Of a DNA stretch of 64,000 bases, positions 19,068-28,829 are shown piece by piece. The stretch lies in the UHGV virus genome UHGV-1455077; one strand, given 5' to 3'. The stretch comes from a virus. Below the pieces are notes generated by a model, which saw only the letters and a program-made list of their open reading frames with translations, was not told the DNA's origin and did no database searches. Position numbers and translations under genes: made by a program. Position 1 is the stretch's first letter. Each line of letters starts with the position of its first letter.

Positions 19068-21182
19068 ATGAAATTATATAGAGGTTATAATAAAGATTAT
19101 CCAAATTGGGGAATTAGACCAAATCAAAATTATATTTGGACGACTGATGATATTGATTATGCATTAGAGTATACTAAATTATTTGATAATGGCGGTTTAG
19201 TTGAATTTGATGTAGATGTAAATCAATTAAATTTAGCAGATGATTATGATGGTGAAGAATTATTTGGCGATGAATGGTATGATTTTGGTGGTTTGATTGA
19301 TGCTGATAATGATATGATTCAAGTTTTTATAGATAATGGTTTTAATTCAGCATTATTAGATAATAGTGGGATTGATTGTTATTTATTATTTGATAAAAAA
19401 TTAATTAAATCCGCAAAAGAATTACCATTAAATAATATTGAAAATAAATTAAATGAATCTTATCAATTATTTAAAAATATATATTTAAAAGAACATACAG
19501 GATTTATCGTAAGAGAAACACCAGCATCATATCTAACATATATAAAAAATTACATACAAAAAGTTCTTGATTATGAGCCAAATGCAAACAATTATCCCTT
19601 TATTACAGAAGATAAAAAATATTATTGGGATAGAATTGCAGGATATTATAATGTAGATACTAAAGAATTCATTTATATTTCACCCGATGAAACACATCAA
19701 AATGAAGAAGAATTTTATGAAAAAAATTATGTAAGATTTTTTATAGCAGATATAAAACATAGAGCATTATATGTTTCACATATTGATTATAATATTGCCT
19801 ATAAAGGCTATAAAGCTATAAAAGAAAAATATAAAGATTTTGGAATTGAATATTCTGTTGTTGAATGGTATGAAAACAATGATTGGAAAGAAATAACTTT
19901 TGATGATAAAGGACATAAAGTTAAAATAACTCAAATTTATGAAGAATTTAAAAAATATGTAATGCCATTATATGAACAACATTTTAATAAAGAAATTAAT
20001 GAAGTTTTAAGAATTGCTGGGGTTCAACGATTAAATGAATCTTGGACGGATAGTAATAATTTATATAATATATATGAAAATTATACACCATATAATGTTT
20101 TAGTGGCATTTAAAGAAGGTGAAAAAAACATTTGGTTTCCATTGATTAAACCAACAGAATATAAACAAGCGTTATTGGAATTTATGAAAATGGGTGAATT
20201 AGTAAGATTTCCAAAAGATAAAGTATTTAAATGGTTAGAAATAATTATGAAAAATACTTGTATTTTAAGCTCTAATACTTTTTTAGCAGGTCACGAAATG
20301 TATTTTCCATTTGACGATATTATAGATGCTTATCCAGAAGCAGAAAATCTTGAACAAGATTATTATGTTTTTTCTAAATTTTTAGAAGATAAAGGTTTTT
20401 ATAATTGGTGTAAATTGCCAGATGGTTCACCTGCTTGGAGTGATTATGGATTAAAACCATTATGGAATATATTAGATGAATATAAAGAAGATATGACTAT
20501 TGAACAAGTTCTTGTATTGGTTAATAGATGTTTAGATGTTTATCATCAACAAGGAGATTTAGCATCAGCATTTATTGAAGGTGGTTCATCATCATTAACA
20601 AAAATTTCTAATGAATGTGTTAAAAATAATGGTAATATAATTAATGAATCATATTTGAAAACAGATAATGGGATAATTTATTATACAAAATCAGAAAATG
20701 TTTTTATTAATACTATAAATGCAAGATTTAAGAATATACCTGTTAGAGTAATTTATGATTTAAAAAATAGATTATATGTATTTGGTGATGCTAATAAATT
20801 TGTTCATACACAAATGATGAATTATATTCTTATTAACACAAAATTATATTCTACAAAAGGGTGGAATCAAAGTTATTTTAATGAAGATGGTAATTATTGG
20901 CGAGATGGATATATAGAGGATAATTTATTTAATGCACAATGTGCTTTATTTCAAATAATTTGGGATGATGATATTGAAAAATATACAAAATATGATGGAT
21001 ATGATACAGGATATTTTACCACAATAGATAATAAAATGTATGTTGTTTGTAGACAGAATGAATTAAAATATTGTGAAAAAGTACCTTTATTATGGAATAA
21101 TCATTGGTTTTCACAAAAATATGATAATATGAAAGATTTTCAATTAAATGAATCTATATTTGGAGAAACACTTGGTTATTAA
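19068..21182 (+). CDS. large protein with an N-terminal ADP-ribosyltransferase-like domain (R variant of the H/R-G-S...FYxT motif family)
   Basis: KLYRGYN ... YIWTTDDIDYALEY ... VEFDVD. Parallels YHGS...YFTSDKDAALDYS in the other paralogous domains. Confidence 0.4.
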   Translation: MKLYRGYNKDYPNWGIRPNQNYIWTTDDIDYALEYTKLFDNGGLVEFDVDVNQLNLADDYDGEELFGDEWYDFGGLIDADNDMIQVFIDNGFNSALLDNSGIDCYLLFDKKLIKSAKELPLNNIENKLNESYQLFKNIYLKEHTGFIVRETPASYLTYIKNYIQKVLDYEPNANNYPFITEDKKYYWDRIAGYYNVDTKEFIYISPDETHQNEEEFYEKNYVRFFIADIKHRALYVSHIDYNIAYKGYKAIKEKYKDFGIEYSVVEWYENNDWKEITFDDKGHKVKITQIYEEFKKYVMPLYEQHFNKEINEVLRIAGVQRLNESWTDSNNLYNIYENYTPYNVLVAFKEGEKNIWFPLIKPTEYKQALLEFMKMGELVRFPKDKVFKWLEIIMKNTCILSSNTFLAGHEMYFPFDDIIDAYPEAENLEQDYYVFSKFLEDKGFYNWCKLPDGSPAWSDYGLKPLWNILDEYKEDMTIEQVLVLVNRCLDVYHQQGDLASAFIEGGSSSLTKISNECVKNNGNIINESYLKTDNGIIYYTKSENVFINTINARFKNIPVRVIYDLKNRLYVFGDANKFVHTQMMNYILINTKLYSTKGWNQSYFNEDGNYWRDGYIEDNLFNAQCALFQIIWDDDIEKYTKYDGYDTGYFTTIDNKMYVVCRQNELKYCEKVPLLWNNHWFSQKYDNMKDFQLNESIFGETLGY

Positions 21183-21191
21183 GGATTAATT

Positions 21192-21572
21192 ATGAAAATA
21201 TTTTTAAAACTTTTACCATATTTAATAATTATTGCTTTAGGTTTTGGAATTTATGGCGGATTTAAATATATGTCAGATGAAGTATCTAAAGCTAAGGAAC
21301 AGGTTCAAACTCTTTTAATTCAAAAATCTGAATTAGAAAATAAAGTTGATACTTTAAATACAATTAAAGATATTTCTATTGAACAACAAGTTCAACTTCA
21401 ACATAATGAAAAAGAATCTATTAAATATATTAATGATTTCAATAATAAAGTTAATGAATTGACATTTAATGAGGATAAAGACATTATACTTATGAAAATT
21501 AATAACTATGAAGTATGTATGGCAAAAAATTCATTAAATCCTGAAATTAAATGTGAATTAAATTTAAAATAA
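21192..21572 (+). CDS. small membrane-anchored coiled-coil protein
   Basis: N-terminal transmembrane segment LLPYLIIIALGFGIYGGF, then coiled coil. Confidence 0.4.
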   Translation: MKIFLKLLPYLIIIALGFGIYGGFKYMSDEVSKAKEQVQTLLIQKSELENKVDTLNTIKDISIEQQVQLQHNEKESIKYINDFNNKVNELTFNEDKDIILMKINNYEVCMAKNSLNPEIKCELNLK

Positions 21573-21585
21573 TTGATTTTTCCTA

Positions 21586-21613
21586 TTGACAAGTAATTTT
21601 TATATGTTATATT
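21586..21613 (+). promoter_or_regulatory. sigma70-like promoter TTGACA-N16-TATATT (32-bp element repeated exactly at 41781)
   Basis: CCTATTGACAAGTAATTTTTATATGTTATATT at 21582-21613. Confidence 0.5.
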
Positions 21614-21648
21614 AACCTTATCAAAAACAACAATGAAAGGTTAATAAA

Positions 21649-22020
21649 ATGAAAACTTCTGATGAATTGAATGAACTGATGGCTTATGCTACTGGAACTG
21701 AAAATTATTATCGTTTCGGTTTGATTAATCCAATTCTTATTACCGATGGAGTTGAAACATTTGCAAAAAATGCTGAAACTGTTTGGTTTTTGAATGACTT
21801 TTGCATTTTTATGAATAAATGGATTAATAAAAATGCTGATGAGTATTTGTTTTCTGTTGAATTAATTTCTAAAAATGACAAAGGAAAAATGGTCATTAAA
21901 GATGGTGAAGGCAATAGATTGTATTCAAAAAATTATGATTATACTGACTGCCCAGAAGGAAATTGGAAATTCTTTTATGATAAAGAATCAAGAGTGTTGA
22001 TGTGGCACGGTGAATATTAA
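21649..22020 (+). CDS. hypothetical protein
   Basis: ORF downstream of a promoter. Confidence 0.45.
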   Translation: MKTSDELNELMAYATGTENYYRFGLINPILITDGVETFAKNAETVWFLNDFCIFMNKWINKNADEYLFSVELISKNDKGKMVIKDGEGNRLYSKNYDYTDCPEGNWKFFYDKESRVLMWHGEY

Positions 22021-22028
22021 AAAATATA

Positions 22029-22065
22029 AAAATCCCTGTAATAAATATCATTATAGGGATTTTTA
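22029..22065 (+). terminator. hairpin terminator AAATCCCT...AGGGATTT plus T run
   Basis: Inverted repeat followed by TTTAGG. Confidence 0.45.
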
Positions 22066-22075
22066 GGATATAAAT

Positions 22076-22774
22076 ATGGAAATATCAAAATTTATGAAGA
22101 CTGTTTTAGAAATGGCTGGCGTTGAAGAACCGTTAGAAGAAATGGCTTATCCAATAAATTTTAATTTAGAAGAATTTTCTCGTATTCCAACATTTAGTGG
22201 AAGAAAAAAATATTGTGATGAGCGTTTGCAAAAAATAGGTACAGGTTCTTCCAGAATTGTTTACAGAGTTGATGATGAAAAGGCGTTAAAAATAGCTAAA
22301 AATAAAAAAGGTATTGCTCAAAATGAACACGAAGCTGATTGGGGTAGAAATAATTATGATATTTTTGCAAAAATTTATGAAGCTGATGAGAATAATTATA
22401 CTTGGATTGAAATGGAATTGGCATCAAAAATTAAACCATCTGATTTTAAAAGATTAGTTGGTGTTTCTTGGGCAGAAGTATGTTTAACAATAGAATATAT
22501 TTATGATATATATAAACCTAATAAAAATCCATATTATGTTAAAAGATATAATAGTGATTTAATGGAAAAATTTATGAATGAAGAAGTTTATTCAGAAAAA
22601 AATGAATTTCTTTTTAATTTATATGGATATATGACAGATTATCAACCAATGATGATTAATGATTGGACAAGAATCGCAAACTGGGGGATAGTTGAACGTA
22701 ATGGGCAGGAATTACCTGTTATTATTGATGATGGATTGGATGAATTAATTTATAAAACTTATTATGGATGGTAG
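22076..22774 (+). CDS. protein-kinase-like / aminoglycoside-phosphotransferase-like phosphotransferase (putative)
   Basis: GTGSSRIVYRV (Gly-rich loop, compare APH GQSGATVYRL), ALKIAK (Lys), NDWTRIAN (catalytic D..N-like), VIIDDG (compare APH IDVG). Confidence 0.35.
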   Translation: MEISKFMKTVLEMAGVEEPLEEMAYPINFNLEEFSRIPTFSGRKKYCDERLQKIGTGSSRIVYRVDDEKALKIAKNKKGIAQNEHEADWGRNNYDIFAKIYEADENNYTWIEMELASKIKPSDFKRLVGVSWAEVCLTIEYIYDIYKPNKNPYYVKRYNSDLMEKFMNEEVYSEKNEFLFNLYGYMTDYQPMMINDWTRIANWGIVERNGQELPVIIDDGLDELIYKTYYGW

Positions 22775-22777
22775 AAA

Positions 22778-24175
22778 ATGAAAATAATTGCATATCACGG
22801 AAGTCAAACAAGTAAATTGAAAATGTATAATGGTTCTGCTTTGTATTTTACAACAAGTTATGAACAAGCTAAATCATATGCTAAACGTGAATGGGATGAA
22901 GGGCTAATTGAGGGAGAAATTCCTGTTGTATATAAAGCTGAATTAACTTTTAATAATCCTTACAAAATTGAAAATTATGATGATTTTCAAATGGAATTTA
23001 CAGATAGTAATATGAATGAATATTTTAGAGAAGAATTAATTGAAAAAGGATATGATTCTGCTATTTATAATGATAGAAAATCAACTTTGATATGTATTTT
23101 TTATCCTTCACAATATAAAATTTTAGATATAGAAAAACTTCCACCTTCATTAGACTATTATTATAATGGAGAACTTAATGATGAAGATGATGATATAAAT
23201 GACTATTATTATGAAAACGACTATGAAGATGAATTAAATGAAGTATTAAAATTATCTAATATTAAACTTATTAATGAGCAAAAAGATTTTACAACATTTC
23301 AATTACCTAAAAATATACCAAGTAATTTTTTTAAAATAACTAATTCATTAAAAGATATAAAAAATTGGAAAGCGAGAATTTTAGAAAATAATAGTGGCGG
23401 TGAAGAATTAAAAGTTGGTGATTATGATGAAGTTGGATATGTAATGATTTCATTAAAAGATAATACTATTATTCCAATTGCTCATTCCGATGAACATCAT
23501 CGTGGATATGATATTATGTATGAAATATATGAATCAAAATATAAAATTCATCCGAGTAATTTTTATAGCGTTTATTGCTTACCAAATTCTGCCAATTATC
23601 CATATAGTAAAGAAGAAGCTGATAAATTAAAAGATGCTTTAATTAAATGTGATGAATATGGAATGGATTTGGATACATCTAAAGTTTATTTAAAATATAT
23701 TGATAGTCTTTATAAAAATAAATCATATGATGAATCTTTAATTTCTGCCAGAGATTTTATTTCTGGAAAATATGGGTTGGCATCATTTGGAGAAACTGTT
23801 TCTCTTATTGGTGAGAAGTTGGTAGATGCATTTAAAAATTTATCAAATACATTTGAAAATACAAATGTTCGTGGAGATATTCCAATAACACAATTAAAAA
23901 TGGCTGTTAAAAAATTATATACAGTTGGTAGTCGTATTCAACTTCCAGATAAATTTAAGTTAATCAATCCATTAGATTTAGAAGAAATGATGGATATTAT
24001 TGAACAATATAAATCTAAATATATTGATATACAAAAATTATATAAATTATTTTTTGGATTTAATGGATTTAGAAATATTTTTCATCAAAGACTAAGAAAA
24101 AATATTGGCAATGAAGATTTAAATAAACAATTAGGTTCAGTTAAAGTTGTCATTGAAATGATAGGGGCAATATAA
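22778..24175 (+). CDS. protein with an N-terminal diphtheria-toxin-like (H-Y-E) ADP-ribosyltransferase-like domain and an unknown C-terminal domain
   Basis: AYHGSQ ... GSALYFTTSYEQAKSYA ... YKIENY. An acidic linker, then the ELNEVLKLSNIKLINE motif shared with ORF 24175. Confidence 0.45.
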   Translation: MKIIAYHGSQTSKLKMYNGSALYFTTSYEQAKSYAKREWDEGLIEGEIPVVYKAELTFNNPYKIENYDDFQMEFTDSNMNEYFREELIEKGYDSAIYNDRKSTLICIFYPSQYKILDIEKLPPSLDYYYNGELNDEDDDINDYYYENDYEDELNEVLKLSNIKLINEQKDFTTFQLPKNIPSNFFKITNSLKDIKNWKARILENNSGGEELKVGDYDEVGYVMISLKDNTIIPIAHSDEHHRGYDIMYEIYESKYKIHPSNFYSVYCLPNSANYPYSKEEADKLKDALIKCDEYGMDLDTSKVYLKYIDSLYKNKSYDESLISARDFISGKYGLASFGETVSLIGEKLVDAFKNLSNTFENTNVRGDIPITQLKMAVKKLYTVGSRIQLPDKFKLINPLDLEEMMDIIEQYKSKYIDIQKLYKLFFGFNGFRNIFHQRLRKNIGNEDLNKQLGSVKVVIEMIGAI

Positions 24176-24957
24176 TGTTTGAAAAAGAAATTAATGAAAT
24201 ATTAAAATTATCAGGTATAGATATTTTAAATGAAATATCCTTATCTGGTTATTTGGAACGTTCACGTAATTTAAAAAATATGTTATTTCACGGAACATCA
24301 TTATTTAATGCTTATAAAATTTTTGAATCAGACCTTATAATAGGTTATACAGAAACAACACCTGTGAATGGTAAATCTTATACTGGTGTATCAACATCAA
24401 GAAATTTTGATTATTCAGCAAAGTTCGCTTTACAATATTCAGATGATTACCATTTTAAAAATTATTATTTAGATAATATATTTAATCCTGTTGTTGTTTT
24501 TTGTTTTAATAAAGATAATTTAAAATCAAAATATAAAATAGTTCCATATGATTATAATAGTACAAATGATAGTTTTTATAGTAAAAGAACCGAACAAGAA
24601 GAAGTTATTGTTGGAAATATTAAAAATATTAAAAATATAACAGAAAAAGTTGTTATGAATAAAGATGCTTTAACTCTTTTTCAATATGGTGCTATAGGTG
24701 AATTTTTAATTAAAAGATATTATTTCTTTAATAATAAAGAAGAAGAATTTTATGATGATATATTTGATATAGCCATAGAAGAAAATTTAACTTATGACGA
24801 AGATAAAGATGTATATATAACATCTGCGGGTGAAACATTATATCCTGATGATATTTATAATATTGGTTTAGAAAAAATGATTCAAAAAATGTTTCCTAAA
24901 ATGAATGAATTTTATGAATTTTTAAAAGATAAAAAATTCGAAATATATAATAATTAA
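24175..24957 (+). CDS. ADP-ribosyltransferase-like protein (H-G-T ... PVNGKSYTGVSTS, PARP/DT-like)
   Basis: LFHGTSLFNAYKIFESDLIIGY ... TPVNGKSYTGVSTSRNFDYSAKFA parallels PARP HGS...PVTGYMFGKGIYFA. N-terminal EINEILKLSGIDILNE motif. Confidence 0.45.
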   Translation: MFEKEINEILKLSGIDILNEISLSGYLERSRNLKNMLFHGTSLFNAYKIFESDLIIGYTETTPVNGKSYTGVSTSRNFDYSAKFALQYSDDYHFKNYYLDNIFNPVVVFCFNKDNLKSKYKIVPYDYNSTNDSFYSKRTEQEEVIVGNIKNIKNITEKVVMNKDALTLFQYGAIGEFLIKRYYFFNNKEEEFYDDIFDIAIEENLTYDEDKDVYITSAGETLYPDDIYNIGLEKMIQKMFPKMNEFYEFLKDKKFEIYNN

Positions 24958-24966
24958 AGGTTTATT

Positions 24967-25296
24967 ATGAAAAAAATATTAATTATTTTATTAGCTATTT
25001 TATTATGTGCCTGTACAACCGTTAAAACTGAATATGTTTATCAAACTGTTTATCCAGAATTACCACAGCTTGAATCTCCATTAATTTTAGCAAATATTCC
25101 TTGTACATTTATAATGCCTGAAAACCCTGATGAAAAAATTTTTATTGGATTTGATAAAGAAAATTATAAATGTTATTTAAAAAATCAAGAAATAAATCGT
25201 GAACAGAAACTTCTTTTTGAAAAATTTGTATCAGAAATTAACAAAGAAAGAAAAAATTGGAATTTTAAAAACAAAAAGATTGACAATAAAAAATAA
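24967..25296 (+). CDS. lipoprotein
   Basis: Signal peptide with lipobox ILLCAC. Confidence 0.55.
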   Translation: MKKILIILLAILLCACTTVKTEYVYQTVYPELPQLESPLILANIPCTFIMPENPDEKIFIGFDKENYKCYLKNQEINREQKLLFEKFVSEINKERKNWNFKNKKIDNKK

Positions 25297-25331
25297 ATGA
25301 TTTAAGATGACCTCAAAATAGAGGTATAAGT

Positions 25332-26009
25332 ATGTCATTTTTTAATTTAAAAAAAATAAAATCCCTGACAAAATTAAATAAAATTTATAGATTACTAAGT
25401 AAAACATATCATCCAGATAATAAAGTAACAGGTAATGCAGAGCAATTTATAGAATTGAAAGAAGAATATGATAATGCTAAAAAAATAGTATCATCATTGC
25501 CAACTTCAATTGTTATCAATATAACTACAACTCAAGCTTTTAAGGGAAAAGAGGTAATTTATAATTCTAAAAATGGCGAAACTGCCATAATTAAAATACC
25601 ACCAAAATTTTATAAACAAGATAATGTATTAATTAAAGATAATAATGGTAACAAGTATATTGTTTCTGTAAATATTAAACCAGACGAAGATGAAAATATT
25701 ACTTATTCTCGGAATGGCGATATAATTATTACAAAATATATTGATGTTACTCCTCTTGATTTGTTAACAGAAAATATCAAAACATTTAAATTATTTGGTG
25801 AAGAAAAGAAAATTCAAATAACTAAAAATTTAATTAATAATATTCAACAACCTTTTATGTTGTTAAATATTGGTTATCCATTGAAAAAAGATAGAAAAAA
25901 ACGTGGAAATGTTAAGATTAAATTTAGAATTAAATCTATTACATTAGATGATAATGATAAAAAAGATATTGTTAGAATGAAGGAAAAATATAAATGTCAA
26001 TTGAATTAA
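25332..26009 (+). CDS. J-domain (DnaJ-like) protein
   Basis: YRLLSKTYHPDNK carries the HPD tripeptide in a J-domain-like setting. Confidence 0.55.
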   Translation: MSFFNLKKIKSLTKLNKIYRLLSKTYHPDNKVTGNAEQFIELKEEYDNAKKIVSSLPTSIVINITTTQAFKGKEVIYNSKNGETAIIKIPPKFYKQDNVLIKDNNGNKYIVSVNIKPDEDENITYSRNGDIIITKYIDVTPLDLLTENIKTFKLFGEEKKIQITKNLINNIQQPFMLLNIGYPLKKDRKKRGNVKIKFRIKSITLDDNDKKDIVRMKEKYKCQLN

Positions 26010-28270
26010 ATGAACAAAGTATGTTAACTGAAATAGGGTTACAAGCTACCGAATTTCTTAAAAAATCTAAGGCTAAAACATTATTACCTGTGCATTTTTT
26101 AGCGGCTTTGTTACAATTTGATTATATTAAAAATCTTCTAAATAATAAAAAACCAGAAGAATATAAAAAATTGGTTGAAGAAGTTAATGATTTCATTTTT
26201 AATTCAGATAAAATTGAAAAGTTAACTGATGAAGATGACCCAAATGAAATGGAAATTAGTCCTTTAATAAGTGCTTACATTTCATATGTGAGTGTATGCA
26301 GTAAAGGAAGTGCTGATATTATAAAAGTTATTCCTGAACTACATTGGATTGATTTATTAGGAGCATTTTTATTTTTAAAGACTGATATTTCAACAATTAT
26401 TTTAACAAAATATGGAATTAATTTAGAGTTTATTGATGAAGTTTTTGAAGAACTGACCGCTGATATTATTATTGAAGAAAGAATCAAACCAATTATCAAT
26501 AATCAAACCAATGAAAATAATGCGGAAGAAGAATATTTGAAATCTTTTACAATAAATTTAACTGAAAAAGTTAAATCTACTGATTGGATTCCTATTGTTG
26601 GAAGAACAGACGATTTAGATTTAATAAAACAAATTTTATTAAGAAAAGACAAACCTAATGTTTTATTGGTTGGATATTCAGGTGTAGGTAAAACAAAATT
26701 AGTTGAAGGTTTGGCTTATGATTATTTAACATATGATAAGAATACAACATTTTTACAATTAGATACATTATCTTTAATGTCAAATATTGGTATTAAAGGT
26801 GAGTTAGAAAATCGTATTAAAAATTTGTATAGAATTATGATGAAAAAAGAAAATATTATATTATTCATTGATGAAATTCATACAGTATGTAATTCATCTC
26901 CTAATTCTGGGCAAATTGATATATCTAATTTATTAAAACCATTACTAACTGATGGAAAATTAAAACTTATAGGGGCAACAACATTTGAAGAATATAGAAA
27001 ATATATGGAAGATGATGAAGCTTTTACCAGAAGATTTTATAAATTAGTTATTAATGAGCCAACATTTGAAGAAACACAAAAAATTCTTGCTCAAATTTCA
27101 TCAAAATATGAATATTTTTATAAAATAAAATATTTAAAAAGAGCAAGAGATTCAATTTTGGATTTAACAAAAAAATATATGTTTGAAAAACATTTTCCTG
27201 AAAAAGCTATTGATGTACTGGATATGGCAGGAGCATATTGTAAGCATATTAATGAATGTGTATGTGATGTTCCACAAATTCAACAAACAATTGCTAGAAT
27301 GTTAAATCTTCCATTATCAACTGTTTCCCAGACTGAAGAAAATATGTATCAGCATATTGAAGAAAACCTTAAAAAAGAAATCATTGGTCAAGATGAAGCT
27401 GTTAAACAAGTAAGTGATGCTGTAATCATTTCTCGGTCTGGCTTACGAGAATCAAATAAAACAGCATCTTCGCTGATGTTTAAGGGTTCTTCTGGTGTGG
27501 GTAAAACAGAATTATGTAAAGTATTAGCTAAATCAATGAATATACCATTGATACGTTTTGATATGTCAGAATATATGGAAGAACATTCTGTACCAAAATT
27601 AATTGGTGCCCCTCCAGGATATAAAGATGCAGGCAATGGTAAAGCAGGAAATGGATTATTAATTAATGCAATTGATGAAAATCCATATTGCATATTATTA
27701 CTTGATGAGATAGAAAAAGCTCATCCGAAAATTCATAATTTACTTTTACAAGTAATGGATAATGGTAAATTAACATCGTCAATGGGTAAAAGTGTATCTT
27801 TTGAAAATGTATTTTTAATTATGACTTCAAATGTTGGGTCATATAATAGTCATAAAATTCGTATTGGATTTGGTAATACTGATGAAAGTCCATCTGATAA
27901 GGATTTTGAAGATAGCTTTTTGCCTGAATTTAGAAATCGTATTGATTCAGTAATTACATTTAATGATTTACCATTAAATGTGTTAAAAGAAATTTGTAAA
28001 AAATTTCTTAATGAATTAAAAGAAATGTTAAAGCAAAAAAAGATTGATTTTGTTTTTAATGATGATATTATAGAGTATATCATTTCAAAGGTTAAATCAT
28101 CTAAAGATGGTGCAAGACCGATGAAGCACGTTATTACTAATGAAATCAAAAATGAAATAGCAAAAAATATTGTATTTGGAAAATACAATAAAAATGATAA
28201 AATAAAATTATCAATTAAAAACAATATTATTAATTTTGAGGTTGTGAAAAAATGTTTGAAAGAAGATTAA
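25994..28270 (+). CDS. ClpA/ClpB-family double AAA+ ATPase (unfoldase) with Clp N-domain
   Basis: D1 Walker A GYSGVGKT and Walker B ILFIDEIH. D2 GSSGVGKTELCKVLA ... IRFDMSEYMEEHSVPKLIGAPPGY ... LLLDEIEKAHPKIHNLLLQVMDNGKLT ... EFRNRID. IGF tripeptide in the position of the ClpA IGL ClpP-docking loop. Confidence 0.8.
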   Translation: MSIELNEQSMLTEIGLQATEFLKKSKAKTLLPVHFLAALLQFDYIKNLLNNKKPEEYKKLVEEVNDFIFNSDKIEKLTDEDDPNEMEISPLISAYISYVSVCSKGSADIIKVIPELHWIDLLGAFLFLKTDISTIILTKYGINLEFIDEVFEELTADIIIEERIKPIINNQTNENNAEEEYLKSFTINLTEKVKSTDWIPIVGRTDDLDLIKQILLRKDKPNVLLVGYSGVGKTKLVEGLAYDYLTYDKNTTFLQLDTLSLMSNIGIKGELENRIKNLYRIMMKKENIILFIDEIHTVCNSSPNSGQIDISNLLKPLLTDGKLKLIGATTFEEYRKYMEDDEAFTRRFYKLVINEPTFEETQKILAQISSKYEYFYKIKYLKRARDSILDLTKKYMFEKHFPEKAIDVLDMAGAYCKHINECVCDVPQIQQTIARMLNLPLSTVSQTEENMYQHIEENLKKEIIGQDEAVKQVSDAVIISRSGLRESNKTASSLMFKGSSGVGKTELCKVLAKSMNIPLIRFDMSEYMEEHSVPKLIGAPPGYKDAGNGKAGNGLLINAIDENPYCILLLDEIEKAHPKIHNLLLQVMDNGKLTSSMGKSVSFENVFLIMTSNVGSYNSHKIRIGFGNTDESPSDKDFEDSFLPEFRNRIDSVITFNDLPLNVLKEICKKFLNELKEMLKQKKIDFVFNDDIIEYIISKVKSSKDGARPMKHVITNEIKNEIAKNIVFGKYNKNDKIKLSIKNNIINFEVVKKCLKED

Positions 28271-28770
28271 GTTATGAGGAAACTTTAAAACTCATTGAAA
28301 GGGGTATTTTACAAGTAAATAATGTTCATATTTGTTTAGATAATTTATCTAAACATTCAACAGATGAATGGATAATTGAATCCATTAACATTGATAAAGA
28401 TAAACAAGAGATTATATTTGGTGTTCAGCCGTTGTTCTTTCCAATTACCAGTAGTCAAGAACCAATTCCAGTTCCATATAAAATGATTAAAGAAGTTAGC
28501 AATATGCCTATTGAATGCCTGTTAGAAGCATATGATATGGCAGAAGCAAAAAGAGTTATTGAAGTTTATTTAGAAACTGATATTGAAACTGATGTTATTG
28601 GAAAAGAAGATGTTGAATTCGAAGGATATGAGTTGTATGATGGATTACAATTTATATTACATAATGATAAAACTGCCAAATATAATGATAAGATATTAAC
28701 TGTTAAAGGGGTTGGAGAAGCAATAAGATTTGTTGCAAATAGAGGACGACCTCGTAAAAAAAGAAATTAA
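28252..28770 (+). CDS. hypothetical protein with C-terminal AT-hook-like GRPRKKR
   Basis: ORF; basic tail RGRPRKKRN. Confidence 0.4.
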   Translation: MFERRLSYEETLKLIERGILQVNNVHICLDNLSKHSTDEWIIESINIDKDKQEIIFGVQPLFFPITSSQEPIPVPYKMIKEVSNMPIECLLEAYDMAEAKRVIEVYLETDIETDVIGKEDVEFEGYELYDGLQFILHNDKTAKYNDKILTVKGVGEAIRFVANRGRPRKKRN

Positions 28771-28788
28771 ACGAATAAAATGGTTAAA

Positions 28789-28828
28789 GAAAATCCTTAT
28801 AAATATAATTATAGTTATAAGGATTTTT
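28789..28828 (+). terminator. hairpin terminator AATCCTTATAA / TTATAAGGATT plus T run; contains a TATAAATA box
   Basis: 11-bp stem followed by TTTTTAATGG. TATAAATA at 28797-28804 lies about 26 nt upstream of ORF 28830. Confidence 0.45.
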
Positions 28829-28829
28829 A

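Noticed and set aside
22068-22075. TATAAATA immediately abutting the ATG of ORF 22076 as a late promoter.
   Set aside because: The box touches the start codon, leaving no room for a transcript leader or RBS usage. It is likely a chance AT-rich match; the RBS-like AGGATATAAATATG is the simpler reading.
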